DNA of 63,528 nt, the filler included. It is 6 parts of 6 records of this genome, joined end to end, with 100 filler letters (N's around TTAATTAATTAA, not from the genome) between each part and the next. Parts side by side here need not be neighbours in the genome. Positions count along the whole stretch, not along the records: positions 10,318 to 21,299 come from SRR22947725_5757; 5 more parts are not named here. One strand, written 5' to 3'. Positions within the stretch are counted from its first letter, which is position 1. Each line of letters begins with the position of its first letter. The notes below the pieces were generated by a model. It worked only from the letters and a program-made list of their open reading frames with translations, searched no databases and was not told the DNA's origin. This document shows positions 10,550 to 21,299 of this stretch, in pieces. Position numbers and translations under genes: made by a program.

Positions 10550-11645
10550 TTACAAACCTGCTTTCAAAGATGCCTCTATAAACTCATCTAAGTGCCCATC
10601 TAAAACCAAACTACAATTGCTAGTCTGAATATTTGTTCGCAGATCTTTAATTCTCTGGTCATCGAGAACGTATGAACGAATTTGACTACCCCAACCGATA
10701 TCTGATTTTGAGTCCTCTAACACCTGAGCAGCCTCATTGCGCTTCAGCATTTCTTGCTCATAAAGTTTTGCTCTCAACATTTTCCAGCAGTTTTCGCGAT
10801 TCTGATGCTGAGAACGCTCACTTTGACATTGTACTACTGCTCCTGTTGGAATATGAGTTAACCTTACAGCTGAATCTGTCTTATTGATATGCTGTCCACC
10901 AGCGCCGCTTGCTCTGTATGTATCTGTTCGCACATCTGAAGGATTAATTTCGATATCAATATCGTCATCAATCTCTGGAGAAACGAAAACAGAGCAAAAA
11001 GAAGTATGCCTACGACTTCCGGAATCAAACGGTGACTTTCTAACAAGCCTATGAACACCAGTTTCTGTTCGAAGCCACCCAAATGCATGCTCGCCCTCAA
11101 AATGAATCGTAGCACTTTTTATACCAGCTACATCTCCTGAGGAAACCTCTTCAAGAACTGTGCGGAAGCCTTTCATTTCTCCCCAACGAAGATACATACG
11201 TAGAACCATTTCTGCCCAGTCTTGGGCTTCGGTACCACCAGAGCCTGACTGAATATCTAGGTATGCATTATTAGGATCCATCGGACCTGAAAACATTCTA
11301 CTAAATTCTAGCTTAACTAGTCCTTTTGTGAGCACTTTTAGATCTGACTCTATCTCCTGAACAGTATCAATATCTTTTTCAATAAATGCTATTTCTAATA
11401 ATTCAAAAGCGTCAGAAATTCCCACGTCCAACGTATCTATAGTTTCAACAATAAGCTGCAGAGACGACCTTTCACGTCCAAGATTTTTTGCACGCATAGA
11501 GTCTCCCCAAACTTCAGGATCACTCAACTCTAACTCAACCTCATCAAGACGATCTTTTTTATTACTATAGTCAAAGGTACCCCCGAAGCACATCGGTTCT
11601 TTCTTGAAGATCTTTTAAGACGTTTTTTATCGGATTTATTTCCAT
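10550..11645 (-). CDS. prfB: peptide chain release factor 2, translated through a +1 programmed frameshift
   Basis: ATG at 11645 gives [24 protein letters not shown], then CTT TGA C at 11576-11570. The +1 frame continues DYSNKKDRL and contains SPF and GGQ motifs. Confidence 0.97.
11570..11585 (-). promoter_or_regulatory. prfB frameshift cassette: internal SD-like CGGGGG, 3-nt spacer, CTT TGA C
   Basis: Minus strand reads CGG GGG TAC CTT TGA C, matching the canonical RF2 autoregulatory site. Confidence 0.95.
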
Positions 11646-11876
11646 TAATTTAGATATCCAAGAATGAAATGAGAAATAGAATTCTATCGGAATATTAACG
11701 CCTTCTCCAGCTACTTAAATTTAGATTGGGTTGATGTATATTATTTCAGTGAAATAGCTCTCAGTTAAAGATGAAACTATTGCGAGAATTTATTTGCATA
11801 TTGGCACAAAATTTTAAAATTCTGTTAAAATCCATGCAATTTCAATATAGCCAACTATGTGAACAATAGAATAATT

Positions 11877-13778
11877 ATGAGCTTAATCCGTCTTGATGAT
11901 ATATCTATTGAATTTGGTGATATTCCACTACTTCGAAAAACAAATTTTTCTGTAGAGTCTGGAGAAAGAATTTGTCTAATAGGAAGAAATGGTGCTGGAA
12001 AATCTACGCTACTAAAAATAATTAATCAAGAAATTATCCCTGATTCTGGTGAAATTCATCTTAGACAGCATTTACGAATTAGTCAGCTAGACCAGAATCT
12101 TCCTTCTGCGGTAGATCGTAAAGTTTTTGATGTGGTTAAAGAAGGGTTATCTGATCAGCAAAAACTTATAGATCTTTTCAATGAAGCCTCAAAAAAAAAT
12201 ATGGGTAAGCAGGCGATGAACCACTTAGACCAACTTCAGGCTCAAATTGATGCTGGTGGCGGCTGGAACATTACACAGCAAGTTGAAACGATTATAAGTC
12301 AGTTAAATTTGCCTGCCAATAAGGCACTAGCCGATCTATCTGGTGGATGGCGACGAAGGGTGGCTCTCGGAAAAGCATTAGTATCTAATCCGGATCTATT
12401 ACTATTAGATGAACCCACTAACCATCTTGATATAAGTACAATTGAATGGCTAGAACATAAAATACGAAGCTATCAAGGGAGCGTAATATTTATTACTCAT
12501 GACCGAAATTTTTTACAGAAACTTGCAACACGTATTGTAGAAATAGAGGTGGGTAAACTGATAAGCTGGCCTGGAACTTATAACAATTATCTATTTTTGA
12601 AAGAAAAGGCAATTGAAAATGAGCAAATGCGAAATGATTTATTTGATAAACGACTTGCAGAAGAGGAAGTCTGGATTCGTCAAGGCATCAAAGCAAGGCG
12701 TACAAGAAATGAAGGTCGTGTTCGTGCATTAACTGCTATGCGTGAAGAGCGTATACAGCGCTCTACTCGCCAAGGAAAAGCTAGGATAAGTATTGAGTCA
12801 TCGGAAAAGTCTGGAAAGAAAGTTATTGAAGCCCGAAAACTTTCACATGGGTATGGAGATGAAAAGCTTTTCAATAATATTAGTCTCAAGATACGCAGAG
12901 GTGATCGTATAGGTCTAATTGGAAATAATGGTGTTGGTAAATCAACACTACTCAAGATTCTTTTAGAACAGATCCCTCCTAATAACGGTTCTGTAAAACT
13001 AGGGACTAATTTAAACATAGGTTATTTTGATCAAATACATCGTGAATTAGACACTGAAAAAACTATTGCTGAAAATGTTGGAAATGGCAAAGAGTACATA
13101 AAAATTAACGGTAAAGACCGGCATATAATAGGTTATTTGCGGAATTTTTTATTTTCGCCAAAAAGAGCTATGACTCCTGTTAAAGCTCTTTCTGGTGGCG
13201 AAAGAAATAGGGTTATTTTAGCAAAATTATTTACCCAACCAACAAATTTTCTAGTTTTAGACGAACCAACTAATGATCTGGATATTGAAATGCTAGAGGT
13301 CTTGGAAAAAAAACTTGTAGAGTACGCTGGAACATTAATTATTGTCAGCCATGATCGTCAGTTTCTTGATAACGTAGTGACAAGTGTTCTCGTATTTGAA
13401 GATAGAGGTAATATACAAGAATATCTAGGCGGTTATACCGATTGGGAAAATCGTGGCAAAGAACTAAACATAACGGATCATCAAAAAAATAATCGAAAAC
13501 AAATAGGAAAAATATCAAATCGCTCTGATTACAAGAGTGCAGAAAAAAAGATTCCACTTAAGCTTAGCTATAAACTCAAACGCGAGCTTGATATGCTCCC
13601 AGCTATGATTGAGAAGTTAGAACTTGAGCTGGCTAAACTTCAGAATGAAACCAATAGGTCAGAGTTTTACCTCAAACCTTATACCGAAACAAAACCCCTC
13701 TTAGATGCTTTAAACGAGAAACAAAAAGCACTTGATTTGGCCTCAGAGAGGTGGATTGAATTGGAAGCTAGTAAATGA
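11877..13778 (+). CDS. uup: ABC-F ATPase Uup
   Basis: Two ABC domains (GRNGAGKS, LSGGWRRR, DEPTNHLD; GNNGVGKS, LSGGERNR), linker EEVWIRQGIKARRTRNEGRVRAL and C-terminal KLSYKLKREL coiled coil. ATG at 11877 preferred. Confidence 0.92.
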   Translation: MSLIRLDDISIEFGDIPLLRKTNFSVESGERICLIGRNGAGKSTLLKIINQEIIPDSGEIHLRQHLRISQLDQNLPSAVDRKVFDVVKEGLSDQQKLIDLFNEASKKNMGKQAMNHLDQLQAQIDAGGGWNITQQVETIISQLNLPANKALADLSGGWRRRVALGKALVSNPDLLLLDEPTNHLDISTIEWLEHKIRSYQGSVIFITHDRNFLQKLATRIVEIEVGKLISWPGTYNNYLFLKEKAIENEQMRNDLFDKRLAEEEVWIRQGIKARRTRNEGRVRALTAMREERIQRSTRQGKARISIESSEKSGKKVIEARKLSHGYGDEKLFNNISLKIRRGDRIGLIGNNGVGKSTLLKILLEQIPPNNGSVKLGTNLNIGYFDQIHRELDTEKTIAENVGNGKEYIKINGKDRHIIGYLRNFLFSPKRAMTPVKALSGGERNRVILAKLFTQPTNFLVLDEPTNDLDIEMLEVLEKKLVEYAGTLIIVSHDRQFLDNVVTSVLVFEDRGNIQEYLGGYTDWENRGKELNITDHQKNNRKQIGKISNRSDYKSAEKKIPLKLSYKLKRELDMLPAMIEKLELELAKLQNETNRSEFYLKPYTETKPLLDALNEKQKALDLASERWIELEASK

Positions 13779-15528
13779 GGGTCTCTATTATTAGTTGTAA
13801 CGATTCTCTTCCCTGCCAAAAATTAACATCTACTTTATATACAATATTTATTTTTTCTTTTTTATATTCCTCAATATCATCTGAGCTAACATTGAATGCA
13901 ATGGCACTAAGTTTTTCTTGTTTATCACAATCTAGACAAAGCACTAATTTTATATGTTTTTTACCAACTACGCGCTGACTTAAAATATAAAAATCTCCAA
14001 CGAATAGCGGCTCGGGAAATTCCTGCCCCCATGGACCCGAGCCTCTAATTAATAATGCATTTTCTAGGCTTAGCTCTTCTGTAGAAAGAACACCATCTAT
14101 TAACATCAAAGCTTCAAGATCAGATGTCGTCATCCGGCTTCTAACTTCTTTGTCGAAGGCTTTTTCAAATAAAGTATATTTATTTGGATCCAGGCTGAGT
14201 CCAGCAGCCATCGCATGCCCACCAAACTTATTTATTAATCCTGGATGAGCTGTTGCAACAGCTTCCAATGCATCTCGAATATGAAACCCAGGAATGGATC
14301 TAGCGGAACCTTTGTATTCTTTTTTTTCTTTCTCCCCTCCAGTTTCTGCAAAGATAACAGCTGGTCGATGGAGATGATCTTTGATTCTAGAAGCAAGTAA
14401 ACCCACAACTCCTTGATGCCAGTTACTATCAAATAAACAAATACCCCAAGGCAGATCTATGTCATTCATATTAATTTTTTCTAAAATTTCTAATCCTTCT
14501 TCTCGCATATTAACTTCAATACTTCTTCTCTCTAGGTTAAGTTGTTCAAGCTGTATTGCATATTTTTTTGCAGCGCTGTTATCATTTTCTAAAAGGCAGG
14601 CTATACCAATACTCATATCAGTTAATCTTCCAGCAGCATTCAATCTTGGTCCAACTGCAAAACCTAGGTCGCTCGCTATAAGTTTTTTATGGTCTTTATC
14701 TGCCAAAGTTAACAACGCTTGTATTCCTGGCCTTAATTTTCCAGACCGTATTCGTAACAAACCTTGATGAACCAGAATTCTATTGGTGTAGTCAAGTGGC
14801 ACAACGTCCGCCACAGTTCCAAGAGCCACTAGATCCAGCCATTGAGACATATTTGGAGTTGTGATTTTTTGGCTATCGAACCAACCGATATTACGTAATC
14901 TAGATCTGAAGCCTATTAACAAATAAAAAACAACACCCACACCTGCCAAATTTTTACATGGAAAATCACAACCATGCTGATTAGGATTTAAGATGGCATC
15001 TGCAATTGGTAAATTTAATCCTGGTAAGTGATGGTCTGTTATCAAGACCCTCATCCCTGCTTCTTTTGCGGCTAAAACACCACTAATACTTGATATACCG
15101 TTATCAACTGTAATAAGCAGATCTGGTTTAAATTTATTTGCTAACGTGACAATCTCAGGAGTAAGGCCGTAACCAAATTTGAAACGATCAGGAACGATAT
15201 AATCTATATTTTTCATTCCCATTGCACTTAATGCTAATATCATAAGTGCAGTGCTTGTCGCACCGTCAACATCAAAATCCCCAACTATTAACACACGCTG
15301 CTGGTGATTTAATGCTTCCTCTAAGAGGCTTATGCTTTCATCTAAACCCTTAAATCCTTTTGGGGGATGCAGTTTTTTTAAAGAGTAATCTAACTGTTCC
15401 TCATTGGTAATTCCACGACCTATATAAATTCTTTTAAGAAAATCAGGATAATTATTATCAAAATTACTAGATTTAAAATCCACTTTGCGTAATTTTAGAT
15501 TTTTTTTAGGCTTAGAGTTTTTTATCAA
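13768..15528 (-). CDS. recJ: single-stranded DNA-specific exonuclease RecJ
   Basis: GDFDVDG, TVDNG, TDHH, GPRLNAAGR, GSARS and FGGHAMAAG motifs. Confidence 0.97.
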   Translation of the reverse strand: MIKNSKPKKNLKLRKVDFKSSNFDNNYPDFLKRIYIGRGITNEEQLDYSLKKLHPPKGFKGLDESISLLEEALNHQQRVLIVGDFDVDGATSTALMILALSAMGMKNIDYIVPDRFKFGYGLTPEIVTLANKFKPDLLITVDNGISSISGVLAAKEAGMRVLITDHHLPGLNLPIADAILNPNQHGCDFPCKNLAGVGVVFYLLIGFRSRLRNIGWFDSQKITTPNMSQWLDLVALGTVADVVPLDYTNRILVHQGLLRIRSGKLRPGIQALLTLADKDHKKLIASDLGFAVGPRLNAAGRLTDMSIGIACLLENDNSAAKKYAIQLEQLNLERRSIEVNMREEGLEILEKINMNDIDLPWGICLFDSNWHQGVVGLLASRIKDHLHRPAVIFAETGGEKEKKEYKGSARSIPGFHIRDALEAVATAHPGLINKFGGHAMAAGLSLDPNKYTLFEKAFDKEVRSRMTTSDLEALMLIDGVLSTEELSLENALLIRGSGPWGQEFPEPLFVGDFYILSQRVVGKKHIKLVLCLDCDKQEKLSAIAFNVSSDDIEEYKKEKINIVYKVDVNFWQGRESLQLIIETLIY

Positions 15529-15558
15529 TATAACGTCCTGTGAAACAGTTAGCTTGAA

Positions 15559-15828
15559 CTATAACTTATTGACTGATATGGACTCTAGGTCTACTAATAT
15601 TTCTTTTATCTTAGACTTTTGGTCGGATCTAATCATTCGTATATCTTCAATACTAGACTTTCCTGTCGGATTAACAATCTTCATAATTTCTTGTCTTATA
15701 TCTTCGAGATCAGCATCTTGATATTTAAGAATAAAAAGATTTTCCAATTCATTTTGTGAGTAATTATCTTTCAACATTTTTAGCAAAAAATTCATCAAAT
15801 ATTTTCTTGCCTCATCTTTTATATCCAT
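15559..15828 (-). CDS. hypothetical protein (89 aa)
   Basis: ATG-started ORF co-oriented within the thrC-recJ run with short intergenic spacing; no motif recognised. Confidence 0.65.
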   Translation of the reverse strand: MDIKDEARKYLMNFLLKMLKDNYSQNELENLFILKYQDADLEDIRQEIMKIVNPTGKSSIEDIRMIRSDQKSKIKEILVDLESISVNKL

Positions 15829-15863
15829 TCTAGTAATCTCTGATGAAGTTTTTTAGTTAAAAT

Positions 15864-16214
15864 TTAAGAAATTTTTAAACTTAAAGCTTCTTTTTCGAAC
15901 TGAATAGCTGACCACCCATTTTTAATAAAACTTCTTATATTTTGATGATTGACACCAAAAGGATCCATTAAGACATCCTTTCGATAATAATCACCAAAAC
16001 AATGGATAACCTCGGACTCGTTTAGTTTATTTAAAAGGCCAAAAGCGAATATTTTGTATGACCCATTATTTTCATCTATATTATTTAAAATCTCTGCATT
16101 TTTGAATTCTGTTGGCTTAAAAATATAATATTTATCAATAATAAAAACTGTATCTTCAAATGAAACGCTCTCTGGAAGATTTTTTAGTTTAAAAATGTAT
16201 TCCTGTAGGTCCAT
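15864..16214 (-). CDS. HopJ type III effector-like family protein
   Basis: Start reassigned to ATG at 16214 (MDLQEY). FEDT...PTEFKN...NNGSYKIFAF...CFGDYYR.DVL..P....HQNIRSF...GW pattern. Confidence 0.82.
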   Translation of the reverse strand: MDLQEYIFKLKNLPESVSFEDTVFIIDKYYIFKPTEFKNAEILNNIDENNGSYKIFAFGLLNKLNESEVIHCFGDYYRKDVLMDPFGVNHQNIRSFIKNGWSAIQFEKEALSLKIS

Positions 16215-16218
16215 AAAT

Positions 16219-17616
16219 TTAAGAAATATTCTCAGCGATAAACTTTTGTATGTCTTGGATATTATTTGCCTGGATGGTATACCTTTCCTTTCTATCAAAC
16301 AGGTCTGTCATATGCGGTGGTAGCTCAGGATCATTTTCAAATCCAGCTTTACGGGATGATTCTGGAAATTTCGCTGGATGTGCTGTAGATAGGCATATAG
16401 CAGGTGCACCTCTATGACTGATTGTTCTTCTTGCAGCTTCAACACCTATAGCCGTATGCGGGTCTACGATATACTCGGACGTTTTCCAAATATCAGACAT
16501 AACATTTGTCATACTATCATCGTCTAACCGATAACTTGAAAATAATTTCCGAGCTTTAGCGAGCACTGCATCTGTTAAAACTAGCTTACCTTTTGATTTA
16601 AAATCAGACATCAGATTATTTATCATTCTTCCATCGCGGTCATGAAGATCAAAGAGCATTCTCTCAAAATTGCTAGAGACCATAATATCCATAGATGGGG
16701 ATAAACTTTGAACTAAGGTTTTAATACTCAGATCATTATTGCTAATACACCGATGAAGGATATCGTTGGAGTTTGTAGCAATAACAAGCTGATCAATGGG
16801 TAAACCCATTTGTTTAGCGAGATAACCCGCAAATATATCGCCAAAATTTCCAGTGGGAACTGAAAAGGATACTCGACGATGTGGCGAATTGAGTGCTAGT
16901 CCTGCATAAAAATAATATACGATTTGAGCCATAATTCTGACCCAATTAATAGAGTTAACTGCTACAAGTTGTCTATCTTTTGGCAAAAAAGTCTGGTCAC
17001 TGAAGCTATTTTTTACCATATTCTGACAATCATCAAAGTTTCCATCTAAAGCTATATTAAAAACATTATCCTGAAGAACAGTTGTCATCTGTCTGCGTTG
17101 GACCTCAGACACTCGATTATGAGGATGGAGTATGAAAATATCCAAATGCTTGCTATGACGGCACCCCTCAATTGCAGCAGAACCTGTATCCCCGGATGTT
17201 GCGCCCATCACAACAACTCTCTGATTTCTTTTTTTCAGCACGTAATCCATTAGATTACCAAGGAACTGAAGTGCAAAATCTTTAAATGCCAACGTAGGTC
17301 CGTGAAAAAGCTCAAGAATAAATTCATTGCGTGCAGTTTGCACAAGCGGCGCGATAGCTTTATGCCTAAAGGTACTATAAGTTTTTTTTATGAGTAATCT
17401 TAAATCATCATCTGGTACTTCCCCATCAATAAATGGTGACATTATCTTAAAAGCTAATTCTTCGTATGTTAGATCAGACCAAGAAGAGATTTCCTCTTTT
17501 GAAAAATTTGGAATTTTTTCTGGTACGTATAGACCACCATCACTAGCTAAACCAGCTAGCATTGCTTCTTCAAAAGATAAGATTGGAGCTTTTCCTCGTG
17601 TACTCACATATTTCAC
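16219..17616 (-). CDS. thrC: threonine synthase
   Basis: MKYVSTRG, LFHGPTLAFKDFALQ (PLP lysine), ATSGDTGSA, NSINW.R and VPTGNFG motifs. Confidence 0.97.
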   Translation of the reverse strand: MKYVSTRGKAPILSFEEAMLAGLASDGGLYVPEKIPNFSKEEISSWSDLTYEELAFKIMSPFIDGEVPDDDLRLLIKKTYSTFRHKAIAPLVQTARNEFILELFHGPTLAFKDFALQFLGNLMDYVLKKRNQRVVVMGATSGDTGSAAIEGCRHSKHLDIFILHPHNRVSEVQRRQMTTVLQDNVFNIALDGNFDDCQNMVKNSFSDQTFLPKDRQLVAVNSINWVRIMAQIVYYFYAGLALNSPHRRVSFSVPTGNFGDIFAGYLAKQMGLPIDQLVIATNSNDILHRCISNNDLSIKTLVQSLSPSMDIMVSSNFERMLFDLHDRDGRMINNLMSDFKSKGKLVLTDAVLAKARKLFSSYRLDDDSMTNVMSDIWKTSEYIVDPHTAIGVEAARRTISHRGAPAICLSTAHPAKFPESSRKAGFENDPELPPHMTDLFDRKERYTIQANNIQDIQKFIAENIS

Positions 17617-17681
17617 AATAATTACCTACTTAACTTATAACCGCTTCTTTTGTGATTAAGTCATAAACACAGCTAGTTGAA

Positions 17682-18986
17682 TTAATTTAATGATTCAACC
17701 CTTATTTTGACTATATCTCCTTTTGTTACATCTAAAGCTTCAATTTTATTTATTGCTGCATCAATATATTTTTCAATTGTATTATTAGTTAAAAGAATTA
17801 ACTGGACATGATTTTTTTCTGCGGCAGGTTCTTTCTGAATAATCGCTTCAATACTTATATTTTCCTCGCTTAGCGCCTTGGTTATCTTAACTAAAACACC
17901 AGGCACATCCAAAGCAGTTACACGCATATAACTAGCAGTCCTTACTTCACATATAGGCAAAATAGTAACGTCTTTCAAGTTATCATATTTATAACCAAAA
18001 GGTGCAATAAGCTGCTCTGGTTTAGATTCAATTGTTCGCGCGATATCACAAATATCTGAAATCACCGCAGATGCAGTCGGCTCAGCTCCTGCGCCTGGTC
18101 CATAATACATAGTCGGCCCTACAGCATCACCTTTCACTAAAACTGCATTCATCACTCCGTCAACATTAGCTATTAAGGATTCTTTAGGTATTAGTACTGG
18201 GTGTACGCGTAACTCAACTTCTGTTTCAACTTTTCTAGCAATACCTAAATGCTTAATGCAATAGCCTAGTTGTTCAGCATATGCTACATCTTGAGGTTCA
18301 ATTTTTGTAATTCCTTCTGTAAAGATTTTATCGAACTGAAATGTATGCCCAAAAGCCAATGAAGCTAATATTGCCAACTTATGTGCAGCGTCTACACCCT
18401 CTACATCGAAGGTTGGGTCAGCCTCAGCATATCCAAGATTTTTTGCTTCTTTCAAAACATCTGGAAAAGTCCTATTTTTATCTCTCATTTCAGTCAATAT
18501 AAAATTGGAGGTTCCATTAATAATCCCTACTACCCATTCTATATTATTAGCTACTAAACCTTCACGAAGAGCTTTTACAATTGGGATACCTCCGGCTACA
18601 GCAGCCTCAAACGCAACGGTAACTCCTTTTTTTTCTGCCGCCTGGAAGATCTGATTTCCATGTTCAGCAATTAATGCCTTGTTGGCAGTTACGACATGTT
18701 TTCCATTTTCAATTGCTTTTAAAACTAAGTCTTTTGCAACTGAAGTACCACCTATCAGCTCCACAAGAATATCGATTTTAGGGTTATCGGCTATAGCGAA
18801 AACATCTTGATTAAAACTGACTCCTTTTAAATCAAAATCATTTGGAGTAGTTCTAGATCCAATATGATTTAATAGAATCTCACAACCAAGTCGATCTTTT
18901 ATTTTTTGAGAATTACGTTTAAGTACATTTATTGTTCCTCGGCCAACCGTACCTAAGCCGCATATTCCGATATTTACAGATTTCAA
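17682..18986 (-). CDS. hom: homoserine dehydrogenase with C-terminal ACT domain
   Basis: GLGTVG, VVTANKA, EAAVAGGIP, GYAEADPTFDVEG and GPGAG motifs. Confidence 0.96.
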   Translation of the reverse strand: MKSVNIGICGLGTVGRGTINVLKRNSQKIKDRLGCEILLNHIGSRTTPNDFDLKGVSFNQDVFAIADNPKIDILVELIGGTSVAKDLVLKAIENGKHVVTANKALIAEHGNQIFQAAEKKGVTVAFEAAVAGGIPIVKALREGLVANNIEWVVGIINGTSNFILTEMRDKNRTFPDVLKEAKNLGYAEADPTFDVEGVDAAHKLAILASLAFGHTFQFDKIFTEGITKIEPQDVAYAEQLGYCIKHLGIARKVETEVELRVHPVLIPKESLIANVDGVMNAVLVKGDAVGPTMYYGPGAGAEPTASAVISDICDIARTIESKPEQLIAPFGYKYDNLKDVTILPICEVRTASYMRVTALDVPGVLVKITKALSEENISIEAIIQKEPAAEKNHVQLILLTNNTIEKYIDAAINKIEALDVTKGDIVKIRVESLN

Positions 18987-19182
18987 TTTATTCGCCCTAA
19001 CTTTTAAGTTAATTTATACATCTAAGTAGAAATACATTCAGCTTAGATATGAATTTAATTAGTCACTTAACATATTATAATCTATCCCTATCAAGAAGTT
19101 CGCATATAATAACCCGCAATCAAATTAGCTTTATCGGCATCTATTTTTTTAAGGAATAAACATCGAAGGTTGATCAATAAGG

Positions 19183-19953
19183 TTAGTGATTGGCTATAAT
19201 TTCCAGTAACTTATTTGCTGGTCGATAGCCCATTAACAGAGTGCCGTCTTCCGTTAACATCGCGGGTGTACCTGTAATTCCAATTTTCTGACCAAGATCT
19301 ATTTGATTAGAAATAGGGTTTTCATCACAAATATACTCATCTATGATTTCACCATTTTTTAATTTAGATAAAGCTTTATTTTTGTCATCAGCACACCATG
19401 CAGAAGCCATTTTTTTATAAGATTCAGAGTTAGTGCCTGCCCTTGGATAAGCAAGATAGCGGACCTCTACTCCGGCTGATGAAAGATTAGGAAGTGCATC
19501 GTTATGGAACTTACGACAAAAATGACAATCTACATCGGTAAACACATAGAGAATATCTCTAGCTTTGCTTGGCGACGGGAATATAATCATATTTTTTTTT
19601 AGGACTTTCTTGATACTATTTTTACGCATTTCTAATGTGCTCTCGTCAACGACCGCAACGAAGCCAAAGGATTTTGCTTGATACATGTCCCCAACTATTA
19701 AATATTCTCCATTTTTTTCAACATAAAAAAATTGATTGGAATCAACTCTAATTAAATATAATCCAGGAATCTTAGTTTTCTCAATACTATCAAATTTTAA
19801 ATCCGGACGTGATTGTAGTAAATTGGATTTAATTTTCTTTACAACATCGACTGGAATATTTTCTTCAGCACAAGAGATCGCGGAAAAAAAGATCAAAAAA
19901 ATACATAATGTTAATAATTTCACAAATATATCACTAAGATTTTTTTTTAACAT
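19183..19953 (-). CDS. dsbC: thiol:disulfide interchange protein DsbC
   Basis: Signal peptide, VFTDVDCHFC active site, YLAYPRAG and GTP cis-Pro loop; follows xerD. Confidence 0.9.
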   Translation of the reverse strand: MLKKNLSDIFVKLLTLCIFLIFFSAISCAEENIPVDVVKKIKSNLLQSRPDLKFDSIEKTKIPGLYLIRVDSNQFFYVEKNGEYLIVGDMYQAKSFGFVAVVDESTLEMRKNSIKKVLKKNMIIFPSPSKARDILYVFTDVDCHFCRKFHNDALPNLSSAGVEVRYLAYPRAGTNSESYKKMASAWCADDKNKALSKLKNGEIIDEYICDENPISNQIDLGQKIGITGTPAMLTEDGTLLMGYRPANKLLEIIANH

Positions 19954-19965
19954 AGATATTTACCT

Positions 19966-20868
19966 CTAGCCCCTAGGATGATGCTCGCTATGAAGTTCTT
20001 TCATGCGGCTATTAGCGACATGTGTATAAATTTGGGTAGTTGATAAATCACTGTGGCCTAGAAGTAGCTGTACGACCCTTAAGTCAGCCCCATGATTCAA
20101 CAAATGAGTTGCAAAAGCATGGCGAAGCATATGTGGAGAAACTGACTGACTGACTCCTGCATCATATGCGTACTTTTTTAGTCTGTGCCAAAAAGTTTGC
20201 CGAGTCATCTGCTTAGCTCTTGTGCTCAAAAATAAGACTTCGCTTTGTATTTCATTTAATAATATCGGTCTCGAATCTTTTATATATTCTTGCAACCAGT
20301 ACATCGCCTCTTCACCCAAGGGAACAAGTCGCTCTTTGCTACCTTTTCCAAAAACTCTGACAACTCCTTGACGTAGATTGATTTCATGCAATCTTAAACT
20401 AACAAGTTCTGAGATTCTTAGCCCAGAAGCATAGACCACCTCTAACATAGCTTTATCACGCAAACCAAGTTCCTCTTCAACATTTGGTGCAGCCAATATT
20501 GCTTCAACATCTGATTCAGACAAGCTTTTAGGCAATGGGGAGCCTAATTTTGGATTATCTATTAATATTGTAGGATCAGATTTAATATTTTTTTCACGGA
20601 GACAATGACGAAAAAAACTTCTTAGACAAGATAACTGTCTAGCAGTAGTTCTTGCCGAGAGGCCTTGCTCAAAACGATAAGACAAGAACATTTGAATATC
20701 TCGTCGAGAAGCATTCAGTAAATTAATTTTTTTTTTCTCAAGCCACTCCGAAAAAATCTTTAAGTCTCGCCCATAAGAATAAAGGCTATTTTTACTTAGG
20801 CCTTTTTCCATCCAAATAGAATCAAGATAACTATCAATAATTATCTTATTTTCTTTGCTAGCAGTCAT
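19966..20868 (-). CDS. xerD: site-specific tyrosine recombinase XerD
   Basis: LPKSLSE, YASGLRISEL, GKGSKERLVP, SPHMLRHAFATHL and LLGHSDLSTTQIYTHV motifs; xerD-dsbC synteny. Confidence 0.96.
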   Translation of the reverse strand: MTASKENKIIIDSYLDSIWMEKGLSKNSLYSYGRDLKIFSEWLEKKKINLLNASRRDIQMFLSYRFEQGLSARTTARQLSCLRSFFRHCLREKNIKSDPTILIDNPKLGSPLPKSLSESDVEAILAAPNVEEELGLRDKAMLEVVYASGLRISELVSLRLHEINLRQGVVRVFGKGSKERLVPLGEEAMYWLQEYIKDSRPILLNEIQSEVLFLSTRAKQMTRQTFWHRLKKYAYDAGVSQSVSPHMLRHAFATHLLNHGADLRVVQLLLGHSDLSTTQIYTHVANSRMKELHSEHHPRG

Positions 20869-20972
20869 ATTCTAATCGTATTATCAAAAAAAAATCAAAG
20901 TGTTACTGAATATTAAAACTGATTTGTTGTTCAATAAAAATTGAATAATATATCATTTTAACAAGTTTAAAC

Positions 20973-21005
20973 AAAAAAAAGCGCTTGTAAAAAGCGCTTT
21001 TTTTT
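20973..21005. terminator. intrinsic terminator hairpin downstream of rplS, potentially bidirectional
   Basis: AAAAAAAAGCGCTT-GTAAA-AAGCGCTTTTTTTT perfect inverted repeat with A/T tails on both sides. Confidence 0.85.
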
Positions 21006-21019
21006 GACCAAGAAATGAA

Positions 21020-21299
21020 TTAAATAGTTTTTAATTTTTCTTTAATTCTTGCTTTACGACCTGATAAACCGCGCAAGTAATATAGCTTAGCCTGGCGGAC
21101 ATCCCCATGTCTACTTACAGAGATACTTGCAACTTGAGGGCTATATGTTTGAAATGTTCTCTCCACTCCAATACCATTTGATATTTTACGTACAGTAAAA
21201 GCTGAATTAAGAGCCCGATTTCGTTTGGCTATTACAATTCCCTCGAAAGCCTGCAGACGTTCACGAGTGCCTTCTATGACTTTAACCTGCACAATAATA
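21020..21299 (-). CDS. rplS: 50S ribosomal protein L19, 5'-truncated by the contig end
   Basis: [24 protein letters not shown] and [10 protein letters not shown] motifs. Confidence 0.96.

Noticed and set aside
15864-16214. HopJ-like gene as evidence of a type III secretion system
   Set aside because: No secretion genes nearby; it lies in a housekeeping run.
19966-20868. Tyrosine recombinase as a prophage or island integrase
   Set aside because: Sequence and xerD-dsbC synteny identify it as chromosomal XerD.
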